A stretch of DNA of 64,000 bases from Azolla caroliniana (lineage: Eukaryota; Plantae; Polypodiophyta). The position numbers and the translations under genes are program-made. The notes beneath the pieces are model-generated. The model made no database searches, was not told where the DNA came from, and saw only the letters and a list, made by a program, of their open reading frames with translations. Below, piece after piece: positions 51,652 to 64,000 of this stretch. Each line of letters starts with the position of its first letter. Positions within the stretch are counted from its first letter, which is position 1. The stretch covers positions 23,002,001 to 23,066,000 of the forward strand of contig JBHGNT010000006.1 in assembly GCA_043228905.1 (NCBI GenBank), given 5' to 3'.

Positions 51652-52987
51652 ATGTCCTCAACATCGAGTAAAAATTCTCTACTTTTTGTTGAGCCTTTTA
51701 TGTTATCTGATAACTCATTATTCTCAACTGAGGAATATAACCATGTAAATATTAAATGGTGCCGTGTAGAGTCCAACAATGATATTGGGCAAAGTTCAAA
51801 TTCACTTTTTTCAATCGAGCCTTTTAACTTAGGTAGTCTTCAAAAAAATATAGTAGTTACAAATAATGGAGAGGTTGATTTATTTAATGTTGACGAGGAT
51901 TGCATCAATCAACCTCTGAATTTTCGAAGAGTTCCCTGACAAGTGAGTATTAAAAAAGATATAATTTTTTGTGTTCAAATCATCAAATTGCATTTGATAC
52001 AAGAAAACCATGCTGTGGGAATCTTTGTCTTTCAATATTTGGAAAGACAAACTTCAGGGGGTTGCGACAAAAGTATTTGTCACTTAATAGTGACGAACAA
52101 GATAGTTTTATGATTTCACATATGCGACTTGTTAAGGACCATATTTCACAACCAACTTCAATGCATGTGGAATATTTCCTTTCACTAAGTATGAAGAGTT
52201 GTTCAGTTGCTTTCAAAATTTCTTATAGATTGGCAACATGAAGCTCTAGAGAATTCAACTTCAATTAGTAAAGGGCTTGTGGCTACCTTTCAACAATAAA
52301 GAATCTGTATGTAAGGGTCTAATTGGGCGGCATGCCGTTATGTGGATAGAGATATATTTCTTGAAGCAATGTGATGTTATGCCTATTATTGGAAGATTAC
52401 ATTTATCATATAACGTCACTCATCATGATGGTATACCAAGGGTATAAGGATGGCATGGTATTAGAAAGTGTACCATACATATAATATCAACATTTTAATC
52501 GATTATGGAGATTGAAGTTCAACAATGTGGTTATACCACGTAAAGTCCGAATGGGTGTTTGTTCCGTATGTGCTAATTTAAAAAGCATGGAGAAAAGTGG
52601 AAGAACATATGATGAAATAAAGAGTTATAAGAATTTATTGAAAGAACATTGAGAAAGTCAAGCGTTGGAAAGATCTAAAGCTATGCACCATCGACAAAAA
52701 ACACTTCAATCACCAGAAAGGTACATGTGCTTGATTATAGATGGCATGGATTAGAAGAAGACTTGTTTGTCAGACTTTCGAGGGTTGCCGAAGGATGTTA
52801 GAGATGAATGTCTTGTCCAAATGCACTTAGTGGGTTGTTTGTCTTATTGTTAGACAATAAGGCGTCATGTGTTCTTAACTTATCCTAATGTCCAACATGA
52901 CCCTAATCTTACATTTAATGCAAAGAGTTTTATAGTCTTGGCAAGGTATTCTCCTGCCAGTAATGTACGTGCAACTAGACTACAGGG
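51652..52987 (+). pseudogene. Decayed DDE transposase, Sola-like; C-terminus cut off by a gypsy insertion
   Basis: KPCCGNLC...EQDSF...YFL..SCSVAF; GVCSVC; EH*ESQALER; YMCLIIDGMD*KKTCL; VMYVQLD. An LTR starts at 52988. Confidence 0.65.
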
Positions 52988-55900
52988 TGTCGTGAAGGAT
53001 TTCGGCCATAGGAGAAAAGGGAGGTGGAAGCATGTGAATGGGGGTGGGCAAGGATGCACACGAATGAGGCCTATAAGTATATAAAACATTGTAAATAACA
53101 TAAGGTTTATAAGTACTAGGTAGAGTAGTTAATGGGTACTTTCATGTCCCATAGAAGTGAGCAATAAAAGGATATGATGAGAGAGAGAACCGAGGAGTAA
53201 TCGTTGACACAAAACGGTTCTCATTAAGCATGATGTAACAACATCCTCTTGGGCTAGAAAAGGGGATCCTTTGAACGGTTGAAGCTATCCATCGATTGGA
53301 GAACAAAGTGATGTCGGTTTAAGTTCTGAGCTCTATCGATCCCTTTGTTTATGTTTTGTGCTATTTTCGGGAAGAAGGTGGAAGCCTTTGCTCGCGTACA
53401 AAGCTTGTCTGCTCCCGACAAGAGGCCCATCATTTTGTGTGTGTGCGTGTAGATCTCGAGGTTCTGTCATTGGCCGCATCTGGTTGTAATCTTTCGGTTT
53501 TCTTTGTTAGTCATTAGTATTTGTTGAGTCTCTCCTTGTGTTTGGTCATTCCCACATTGTCTCTGTTCGTCGGGTCCCGAGCTGTGTTGTTATCTCTAGT
53601 CTATTCTCATTTATATGCGCATATTGGAGTGCGAACCCGTGAGCCCATTGCTGCTATCTGACAACCGGTCCGAAATAGTATACGTCTCTGAGCAGTTCGC
53701 TCACCCTCCAGCATCTGGCACCGATCTAGATCGGATACGTGCCTAGAAACCGATTTGTGAAAGTTATCTGGAACCTGATCCAGACAACCTTTCTTACCTC
53801 ACCAACTCCTTGGTCCGAGACCCCGGTGGTTCTGCTCTGTTTCAACACATACCTTCGGAGATCCACTACATATTTGGTGAACTCGACATGAAAGGGGCGG
53901 CAAAGGAGTTCGAGATGAGAGGGAGCGAGCTTGCTGAAGCAGTGCTAGTGGCTATCGACGGCCTGGGGAATGCTCGTGATAGCACGGGTGGGCTCGACAG
54001 GGTCATCAAAACAATAGTCGGCATAGTAGGACGATTCAACGGAAAGGACACGACGAGCTACTTGGAGGCCTACTAGGCCGAGATGATGAGGAACATCCTG
54101 GAGGACAGACGATTGTTCAGATTCCCACGGGTTGTAACGCGGATCATCCATGCTAAAATGCTCGAGGTGCAAACCGATTGTTGGAATTGGTCACAATTCG
54201 AGGGGCAACTCCTCGGGAGAAATGGTTTCAACGAATCACTTCGGTTGTTGAAGAAAAAATTTATGGATTGGGTTGAGAGCCCTAGCAAAGGCTAAAACAC
54301 ATTGGTGTTTCCCTAGAAGTTTGAGATGCAATTCGTGAGACTTTGGACGCTGGACTAGACCAGACAGAGGCTCCATGTTGTATTTCAGTGATTGGAGTGT
54401 GTGTTGCTTGCTGAGATTGTGGCTCTATTCTCGGCCGAGCTGGTTGTAATTTCTTTGCCTTCTAACCGATTGTTGGTATCCGTTTGTTGTTCATTTAGCG
54501 TGTTGCTCCAATCTCGGCCAAGCCGGTAGTGCCGTGTGCCTCTTGATACTCGATGCATTACGCACCTTTTGTCTATCTTGTTCTCCTTCTCCTTCTTAAG
54601 CTCTTCAGTCCAAGGTCCCTGTGGTCCCCCCTAGCTTCACACACGTACCCGTGGAATACCGTGATGTCATTGGTGAACCCGACGCAAAACAGGCGGTGGA
54701 GGAGTCTGAAGAATGAGGGGAAGCAAGCTTGCGGAAGCCATGGTGGAAGCCGTTGATTGGCTAGTGAGCGCCCGTGAGGGCACGGGTGCCCTTGACAGGG
54801 CCATAGAAACAGTTGTCGACACGATAGGCCGATTCAGCGGGACGAACGTGACAAGCTATCTCAAGGCCTACCGGGCCGAAATGATAATGAGGGACATTCT
54901 GGAGGATAGAGGACTGTCTGGATCCCCTCGGGTGGTGACGCCGACCATCCACGCGGAGGTGCTCGAGGTGCAGGCCGGTTGCCGTACTTGGGAGGAGTTT
55001 GAAGGAGGACTTCTAGAGAGGTACGAGTTCGATGACTCACTCTGGCAATCGAAGTGGGAGTTTATGGATTGGGTCGAAAGCCCTGGAAAGAGGAGGAACA
55101 CGTCAGTCCTCCTCCAGGAATTCGAGAAACAGTTTGCTCGGCTCTCGGCCCTAGGCAGGACCGTGCTCAATACGAGCCGTGTCCTGTTGTTCATCAAGTC
55201 CGTGGAGGTGCAGGATCAGGAGACCTGTGGGTCTCATATTGGAGACAGACGATTTGCTCACGGCCGACTGGGCCATCGTGGAAGCGGCCTGCCAAAACTA
55301 CGAGATTCTGGTGGAAGATAAGCGAGTAGAAAAGGGTGGAGGAGTCGGACCATTTGGCCGGTATGAGACGCGGAGCATGTCGAAGAGAAATGACACCGGC
55401 GGTCCCGGCTTACTGGAAAAACCGAAACCAGCGGGCTATCGGCTAGGCTTAGAAATAGAGAAGGCGACGGAATTACGGAAAGTCCTTGAAGAATGAATCC
55501 TTGACAACAGGGTGGAGCGTCTCTGAGGGAAGTGTTGGGACTCGTGAAGAAGGAGTTCCACGGCTCCATCGTAGACTTGGTGAAGCGTAAATGGCTCGCG
55601 TCGGATCCAGAGCCAGAAAACCCCATGGAAGTGCGAATGACATACTTAGATGACGCGACCGTCGAAGATGAATTGGCAGATAGGTATTACTCGAAGCTAC
55701 ATTGGGTGAGAGCGACTACGGAGATCCCCGTCCGGATCGAGAACGTTCAAGAGCCAATGCTGACCTTGATAGACCATGGATCCAAAATCAACCTAATGTC
55801 GATGGATTTTTACAAAAAGGGGAAGTGGTCGATCAATACCAAGTATGGGTGGAAAATACATGTGGGTACGGAGGAGCTACACGGGCCGTGACCAAATGTA

Positions 55901-57580
55901 CGCGTGAAGATTAGTGATGTCGAGATCGATCAACACTTTTTCGTGCAAGAGACTTCCTCGCACTCGGTGATCCTCGGAAAACCATACATTATAACGGCCT
56001 GTATGGAGGCCAAAGTGTTGGACAACGGTTCCGCATGCGCGCGGGTGAAGAGCCAAGACAGACGTCATTTCGTCCAATTTTTGATTGGGCGACCGAATCA
56101 CGAGTGTAACTGTGAATCTCTTGGTTGGAATGACCGAGAGGATATTTAGAGAGGCCTATCAAGGCATGGGGCCGCGATAGTTTAGACACCCCGGAGAAAC
56201 CCCACACATGTACCATAGATTGGAAATTTTGGTTCTCCGACAACAGAGGTTGTACTATAATCAACATCAGAGGCCGAGAAAAAAAGTGGGTCGAAGAGAG
56301 TTTAAGGGCGTGTGGTGCCCTTAGCTCCGAAGATGAGATCAGTGGTGCCGTGAAGGTGGTCTTTTTTGACGACACCCTTGGAGAGATCGGGAGGGTAGCC
56401 GATGAAGGCCTGAGCGAAGACCGGGTAATTCCGGTCAATTCCGTGGAAGTGTACGAATTCATTGCGAACTTCGAGAAGAAGGTCAGGTCGGAGAAGATTG
56501 TGGACCGGAAGGTGAGACCTGTTGCGGCTACCTTGCCGGAGGACAGCGAAGAGCGGATGAAAGGGGTCGTGTTAGACCCAAGTTTGCGGAATCCGGCCAG
56601 CATAGGGCATCGGTTCTCCGACGAGACACTACGGGAGCTGAAGATCGGTCGGGGTGGCTTCCTATTGCCCATAGAAGAGGATCAAAAGACACGGGACGAC
56701 CTTCGCATTGTCACCGAATGAGATCGGGTGCGTCGACCCGACAACCATATAGTCGATGGTTAGCTTCACGGTACCGCATGTGCCATGCAATCTCAAACCA
56801 ATTCTGGTACCTAGAGTGCACATACTGAGGCTGATGGGGTTGCTGAAGCAGAAGGTGGAGATGGGCATCCTCGAGCCGTCGAGTGCCCCATATTCGAATC
56901 GGTGGTTTACGGTGCCGAAAAAGAATGGCACATTGCGCTTCATTTAGGACTTGCAGCCAGTCAATAATGTGACCATTCGGAACGCAGGGATCGGGCCAAC
57001 CTTCGATGAGTTCGCTAATGCCTTCGCTGGAAGGTCGATCTACTCGGTTGGAGATCTGTACTTAGGATATGATCAATTCCAACTAGCCATAGAGAGTAGG
57101 GATATTACGACTATGCGGACCACTCTCGCCTTAGTGCGGATGTTTACGCTGCCAGAAGGAGGAACCCACTTGGTGCCGCACATGGTGAATGCGATGAACA
57201 AAGTGTTGAGGGACTACATCCCGGACACCACCGATCAAGGGATGTCTAGTAGAAGAGAAGATTAAATCGGTTGGACCAGACGGATGCCGGAAGTTCGTGA
57301 CGGACCATATCAACAATTGCGAGAAGGTGCTATAGAAGCTCGAGGTTGCATGACTCACCTTCTCTGGAGAGAAGTCGACTTTCGGGTAGTCCGATATCTT
57401 GGTGGTTGGGCACTTGTGCGGGCCATACGGCCGGAAACCGTCTCCGGCTAAGGTGGAAGCCATCTCGGCAATGAGAGAAGAATGCAAGTCGGTTACGGAG
57501 GTCTGGAGATTCCTGGGGGCATGCATGTTCTACCATATCTGGATTCCACATTACACACACGTTGCAGAGCCGCTCTATGG
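52988..57580 (+). mobile_element. Chimeric Trp-primed gypsy: LTR 52988-53870, PBS, gag fragment, second partial LTR to 54669, PBS, then gag-protease-RT remnant
   Basis: PBSs at 53875 and 54671; gag GRFNGKD and GRFSGTN; protease LIDHGS; RT WFTVPKKNGTLRF, GDLYLGYDQ, RFLGACMFY. Interrupted at 57581. Confidence 0.78.
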
Positions 57581-60500
57581 TGTCGTGAAGATTTCCGGCT
57601 ATCGTGTGAAACCGGGGTGGAATAGGGCAAGTCGGTGGTGTGCAACATGTGCACATGTATAGTAGGAAAATGGTGTATAGAATAAAGGGGGAGTATTTGT
57701 CCCACATTGTAACGTCTCTTCCTCATTGGGCTATAAAAGGAAGGGGTTGCCCATTTTGTGTTAGGAGGTGTATACCATTAGATCTAGGGTTTGGTAGTTT
57801 TCTCTTCTTCTTACTTTCTTTAGGGTTTCATTTAGTTCTTCTTCTTTGTCGTCGTGTGCGTTGAGAGTTCGTGTCTATTTAGGGTTTGCTTCCGCTCGAT
57901 CTCCAGTGCAAGACCCCGCTTGGCGGGACGAGCCCGAGAGCTCCCCGATCGGCGGCTTGGCAATAGACTATTGTTGTAACTCAACCTACCTTGGTTCGGC
58001 TCAAAGCCGGGGTTATATTTTTCCCTTGTAATATATATACTCTTATCTGCTTGTGCATATTGGTGTAATTGGTGGTGTTGGGAGCATATACCCTTGTTCC
58101 CTACGCATAAGAGTCGGTGTCGCGTGCATGCTCTCTCTCTTTTCTCTGTCTCTCTCTCTCTTGTGTTCGGTTGCGTCCAGGACGTGTCCGGAGTCGGTTT
58201 CTCGGCATCCCTTCCTCCCTCATCCGAGACCGCCGTGGTCTTACCCCTTCTACATGCACGGGCCTAATAATGCGACATCTTTGGTGAACCCCACGTGAAA
58301 GGGCGGCAAGGGAGAATGGAGTTGGAAGAAGACGACTTCACGCAACTTTTTGTCGAAGCGGTGAGGGAGTTTAGACGAGCAACAACAAGAAGAGCGACGG
58401 CGCAACAAGCTGTTGAGCGAGTGGTCGAAAGCGTCGGCCGTTTCAACAGGGACAACGTCCCATTCTACTTGGAAGCCTACACTACGGAAATAGAGGAGCA
58501 AGATGTAGACGAGGCATTCAGGTTGGAGTTCTTCTGTCGTCGTCCGTATGCACGCGGAAGTGAAGGAGCTCCGAGAAGCTCATAGTTCATGGGAGGCCTT
58601 CGAAGAGGCGCTCCTGTAGGCATATGGAGGACGGCGGAAGAGCCGGGAACGACGTGGCTTCGACCAGTGAGTGGTATTGATGAAGACCCACCGGGGCGCA
58701 ATGAAGGTGTTCCGAGAGTTCGAGCGACGACTGGCTCGGCTCCTGGAGCGGGAGCAAGGTTTGGTGGGGGCGGACAAAGTCCTGTTGTTCGTTAGGTTGA
58801 TCGACTGAGTGGAACGGGAGGCCATCGGGATTGAGCTCGAAGACGAGGACGGAGCGAATGGCCTTACGGAGGACTGGTCAAAGGTCAGAAGGGTATGCCA
58901 ACGGCTAGATGACGAAAATGCTGAGAAGGGAAGGAGGTAGGCGCGTGACGATGCGCCATCACAGAAGGAAGAGGGTGAACGACAAAGAGAGTCGGCAAGG
59001 CTCGGCTTCGGGGCCAGGATGGCGGAGGCATACGCAACTCTTGAGGAAATGCTCGAGGAAGAGGAAACATCAAGGCCGCAAGCTAATGCCGAGGAGACGG
59101 ACTTGCCCCACAAGATGGCAGAAGCTCGGTACAACGGTACCACGGGAGAGGGTGCAGAACAAAATGCCCTCTCCGCTTGTAGAGATAGAATGGCCAAGGA
59201 CAAGGTCGAGATAGCAATCGCAGAATCGGAATGTTGGGACTGGCGGTTTTGGGCATGTTAGCCCGGAACTCCGGACATTAGAGAAGCAAGCCGAGGGAGG
59301 TCTTACGCAATCGAGAAGAAGTTGGCCACTAACCACGAGGAGCCGGCGGCTATGGACAAGGGTGTAAACAGGACAGGCGGTTCTATGCGTCTCCCCATGC
59401 TTGCTGCCGAGACGATTGTAGTCGGGCCCAAGTGCCCACGTGAGTCCCAAGAGGAGGAAGGCGGCGGCATGAGACCAAGAATTGCCGATGAGACGATATG
59501 GGCAAGGAATAGACAAGAGCCCTTGGAACCGCTTTCGGAGAACTCGTCATTTGGGCCGTTACACCCACGTGAAACCGAGGAGATGGATGACCGTATCAAG
59601 AAGTCCTCGCACGATGCCAGCGAAAACAGATGGGGAGTAGCCCACGAGAAGGTCGAAGAAGGAACAAAGAAAAGACCCAACCGGGGACCTAACTGCGCGG
59701 CACTCCGATTCGGGTGGAGCGCGATCTAGTCGTGGATTGTTCGACTAGGGCCAGAATTGGCATGAAGGTGCCGATACAGGAGAGGGTGTGGAACAGGCCT
59801 CCCTCTTTTACATGGGGAGAAAGACCGACCGGGCAAAGGTCAGGAATCAAAGGGAAGATGATCGAGGGTACAGAACGAGTCCAGCAGGATCGGAATCGGG
59901 GCCGAAACTCCGGACATTGGAGAATCAAGCCCAGGCAGGGCTTGATCGATCATAGAGCGGATGCTATCCACCGGCACCACTAAAAGGGTCGGTGGCCCCA
60001 GATGAGTCGTTCCGAAATCGGTGTGCCCACATCTTCACTGGAGACTTCAGCAATTCGGCCGGCGTGGCAACGTGAGACCGAAAGAGAAGGGAGATGGAGG
60101 CGGGAGCATGGCAAGGAGAGTGACGACGAGTTCAGGAGAAGTATAAGGGACGAAGCAGAGAACGAAGACCGGTCCTATGGATCACCTCACACCGGGCTAG
60201 AGACTTAGGCGGTCGGAATCATATCCGATGTAAGACCAAGATAATAACGATGGCGGCAGGAGAATGGGACCCGGTAATCTAGAGAATGACGGACGGATGC
60301 AGACGAGAACGGGGAGGAGCAGACTTCTGGATAACTGATTCGGAAGAGAGGAGAGAGTAGGCCTACGAAGAGACCAGGGACACGATATGTCGATACCATG
60401 GGAAAGGGTGTGGAGCTAGCCCAAGGAGGATCCTTCACACCGGTTCTAAGACTCCAACGGTCGGCCCAAGAGCCGGCGTGAGACCTAGAGTAAGGAACAG

Positions 60501-62136
60501 TGGAAGCGAGGGGATGAAGTCAAAGGACTAAGGATGGGCAGTTTGCGGAGATCCTTACACCGATCCGGCGGTCGGCCCGAGAACCCGCGTGAGTCCTATC
60601 GGAAGGGACGGTGGCGGCATGTGAACGTGACCAACAGAAAAGGCCGGTAACCGGTACATCGGTACCACGGGAGAGGGTGCGGAGCGAGTATCCCTATTGA
60701 CATGCGGAGAAGGACGACACAGGAAGGGGTCGGGAAGACGAGAAGCCAAAAGGAGGATCCTTCCCACCGGATCTAGGTACATTGACAATCGGCATCGGAG
60801 CCGACGTAAGACCAAGAGACTGACGATGGTGGCGAGGGGACAAAGGCAAAGACAGCGATGGGCAGTCTACAGAGATCCTCAGACCGATCCGGCGGTCGGC
60901 CTCAGTGCCGGCGTGAGTCCTATAGGAGAGAGCGGTGGCGGCAGGTGAAAGTGACCCACTGAAGACGCCGACGCGGAGGTCGAGACTACGACAAGAGAAA
61001 AATGACAAGTGATCCTGTCGTGACCTTACAAACACCGTTTCTAGACACTCTGACGGTTGGCCCAAGAGTCGGCGTGAGACCTAGAGTAAGGAACGGTGGC
61101 GGCAGCAAGGCGGGCAACCGAGACGGCAGAAGGGGAGGTCCCACAGAGATCCTCACACCGATCCGGTAGTCGGCCCGAGTGCCGGCGTGAGTCCTATAGG
61201 AAAGGACGGTGATGGCAGGAGAACGTGATCGGAAGACGGTCGAAAGAAGAAGGAAAGAAAGGCGATCCTATGGGATCCTCACACTGATCCGGAGACATCG
61301 GCAGTTCGAGTCAACATGGCAACGTGAGCCCGAGTGTGAAGGATGGTAGCGGTAAGAAAGGGGAACCAGCGATGCAGGAAGAGTGGACCGGCAACTGACA
61401 ACGCCAGAGTTGACGAGGGTCAAACCCTTACGGGCCAGTTACAGTTTCGGAAGGAAGCCGGTGAGGGGTAAGCACTGAGCGGAACAAGAGACGTGCGAGT
61501 GGCCATCAAGGGCCGAAGCAAGCACAAGTACGGGACGACGTTCAGCAGAGGCGGTGCCGAACAAGGCGGAAGATGCCACACAGCACAACGACCATAGAGG
61601 GAACAAGGAGTGCGTATTGGGGTCACCTGAGGACCGAAGAACGAACGCGCATTCGGGGAACAATAGTGGCACATGGGAAGAACCAACGGAGGGACAAGCG
61701 CGGCACGCAAGGCGTGGAATCTGGCGGACAAAGTCGGACTGGCCAGGTCGGCAACGGCGTCCGGGAGGACCGATCAGGGAGGAAGGTGCGAATGTCGGAT
61801 ATGGTGGATCGGGTAGAGTTGGCGGGTCGGGGCCAGTAAGGAGCCAACATGACGAATCGGCGCCGACAAGGGACCAACGAGACGGTCGGGTGCTGGTAAG
61901 GCGGAGGACCCGGTTAATCACCGTCGCCGAAATCTCTCACCCTTTTCCTTTCTTGGCACATACCAGTGGATGTGCGGTTTGGTGGGGGTGGATGTCGTGA
62001 AGATTTCCAGCTATAGTGTGAAACCGGGGTGATATAGGGCAAGTCGGTGGTGTGCAACATGTGCACATGTAGTAGGAAAACAATGTATAGAATAAAGGGG
62101 GAGTATTTGTCCCACATTGTAACGTCTCTCCCTCCT
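57581..62136 (+). mobile_element. Non-autonomous Trp-primed LTR element (gag remnant only; 5' LTR 57581-58277, 3' LTR from 61993, interrupted)
   Basis: Matching LTR starts TGTCGTGAAGATTTCC; PBS TGGTGAACCCCACGTGAA; gag from 58316; no pol motifs; internal repeats of about 70 bp. Confidence 0.8.
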
Positions 62137-64000
62137 TGTGTTAATCCTAGGGCCGGACAACAGCCTAACACAAGGTGTCCACTTAAGACACTTCACCAAA
62201 GGGTGGTACGGTAGAATGACTTACGGCACAATGCTTAATTAGACCTTAATCGATTACTTAACAATACATCATTAACACGCGTAAGATATAACAATGAGTA
62301 TAGAACGGTAATCAATGCTAAAAGATTAAAGCAATAAGTTCTATTAATTATCCGCTCTCGATTACATTGTAATCGGGCCTTTATATAGGTCTCCGGTGCG
62401 AAATACAAAACTGTGCCAAAAGGCACCCTTACGGGATCGGTCCGGATCCGGATCGGCATACCGATTCCAGTCCGTCCGTCCACATCTTCTCATATATTAA
62501 TATTAATTACAACAGTTCCCGAATAAACTATTCCTTTTCACACTCTGGTTTGGACCTCCTTAAGCCTTCTTGCCAGCCGGTAACACATGGCATGCCTGTG
62601 GGACAGTACCTTGTACGTCGAACCCATTATCCAACCCTTTACGCTTCGTCCAAAATGTTCAGAATGCTTTGCTCCAGAATTTCCAATGGCTCGTCGGGAA
62701 TTTGTTGTTGCTGTTGTGGCCACTGTTCCGTTTGTGGCTGTGGCTGCTCCGTCTGTGCCTTCTCCGTTTGGGGTTGCGGCTCCGTTTGTTGCTCTGGCAC
62801 CGACGTTTCCTTCATTGGTTCCTTCTCTGGCTGACTGACCCGAGTCTGGTCCCCGTCTGGTCCTAGTACCGACGACGGTTCCTCATCACTAAGGTTGATC
62901 GTTGCCTCCTTTCTCGCTCATATCGACAACGACGGTTCCTCTTCCCGACGATGGTTCCTCTTCCCGACGACGGTTCCTCTTCCCGAAGCCAAGACCGCTC
63001 ATATCTCTCAAACTGGATTTGAGCCTCCAACCGATCGTCGTCTAGTTGAGCTACGAGCTGCCGGACCTGCACCAATTGTTCATCCGCCAAGACTGTGAAA
63101 TCTTTAGCCAACTCATCCCTTATGGTGGTGAAGTCCTCGGATGTCAGCCTAAAATAGTCATCACCCTCCTTCCACCGGTTTTCCACGTCCGCCCTGAGCA
63201 ATTGGAGTTCCGCCGTATTTTGCGCCCATTTCGTCCACCAACGCACAAAGCTATCGTCAATCAAGCTTTTGGTCTTAATGAGCCATGACCAGAGGATGCA
63301 CTGCATCCGTTCGGCTCCCATCCGTGATTTATTTTCTGCGGCTTGTCGCTCCTCTTTCAATTGCTTGATGATTCGGACCGTGTGCACCTCCTGCTCCCTA
63401 TAATGCGACAATTGATTTTGATAGGTTGTTTGCAACCTCTGTAATACCATTGTCGCTCTTTCCTTGTCTTCATGGTTCTGTTTGTGGAGCTCCATCCGGT
63501 CATTCGCCGCTTCCTCCAATAGCTTGGAACTCTCAGCTCGTTCTTTGGCGAGTGCCGTCGTGGCCCTATCAACTTCATGCCGGAGCTCGGCCATCTGTTC
63601 CTGTTGTTGTTTATACTCCGTCTCCAGTTGCTTGTAGTCCCGGTGCAGATGATCAAAATCATCGGTCTTCTGCTTCAGCCTCTGGTTGATCTGCCGGCGC
63701 GCGCGGTCCTCTCGATGCATCTGTTGACGGAGTTCCTCCTTCAGCCTCTCGATTTCCGTCTCCGCCATCCGTCGCAGCTTGTCTTTTTCCTGCAACAATT
63801 TCTCCTTTTCCTCCTTTAGCCGGTCGTAAGCATGATGTCCTTTACGCAGGTTTTCCTCTGCCCGGCGGACGTTCTCAACAGTCTTCTTTAATTCTTCTTC
63901 GGCCGCCTTCTTCAAGTCGCGTTCGCGGCTCCGTAATGCGTCTTGTGCGGCAAGTTCATCTCGTAATTCCGCAAGCTCTTGGGCTTGCGCCGCATCTTTC
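62137..64000 (-). mobile_element. 3' end of another LTR element (3' LTR 62514-62137) inserted into the preceding LTR
   Basis: Minus strand TGTTGTAATT...TTAACACA with CTATATAAG. The host LTR match stops at about 62136. Confidence 0.62.
62863..64000 (-). CDS. Coiled-coil-rich extra ORF upstream of the 3' LTR (start lies outside the window)
   Basis: At least 350 aa of open frame, E/K/R/Q-rich with heptad-like pattern, and a WSWL...RWWTKW segment. Confidence 0.5.
   Translation of the reverse strand, partial: KDAAQAQELAELRDELAAQDALRSRERDLKKAAEEELKKTVENVRRAEENLRKGHHAYDRLKEEKEKLLQEKDKLRRMAETEIERLKEELRQQMHREDRARRQINQRLKQKTDDFDHLHRDYKQLETEYKQQQEQMAELRHEVDRATTALAKERAESSKLLEEAANDRMELHKQNHEDKERATMVLQRLQTTYQNQLSHYREQEVHTVRIIKQLKEERQAAENKSRMGAERMQCILWSWLIKTKSLIDDSFVRWWTKWAQNTAELQLLRADVENRWKEGDDYFRLTSEDFTTIRDELAKDFTVLADEQLVQVRQLVAQLDDDRLEAQIQFERYERSWLREEEPSSGRGTIVGKRNRRCRYERERRQRSTLVMRNRRRY

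Overview
This is eukaryotic DNA, most likely from a non-seed land plant (inferred from the retrotransposon lineages). It is almost entirely nested transposable elements around one apparently intact host gene, a 3-exon CYP71-clan cytochrome P450 (13873-15756, minus strand). Elements present: several Ty1/copia copies (one very young with an intact ORF at 32917-38284), several Ty3/gypsy types (tRNA-Trp-primed; a compact tRNA-Ala-primed one with a -1 frameshift site; a self-priming chromovirus), a 5'-truncated RTEX-like LINE and a hAT-type MITE. The most striking feature is at 48.5-53.0 kb. There a decayed, intron-containing gene for a prokaryote-type beta-class amino (N4C/N6A) DNA methyltransferase sits head-to-head with a decayed Sola-like DDE transposase, separated by an array of palindromes. 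This is a candidate methyltransferase-carrying DNA transposon. A second pattern is that three different gypsy-type LTRs each carry an antisense tRNA-like A-box/B-box pair at canonical spacing. All calls come from manual reading; boundaries of old relics are approximate.
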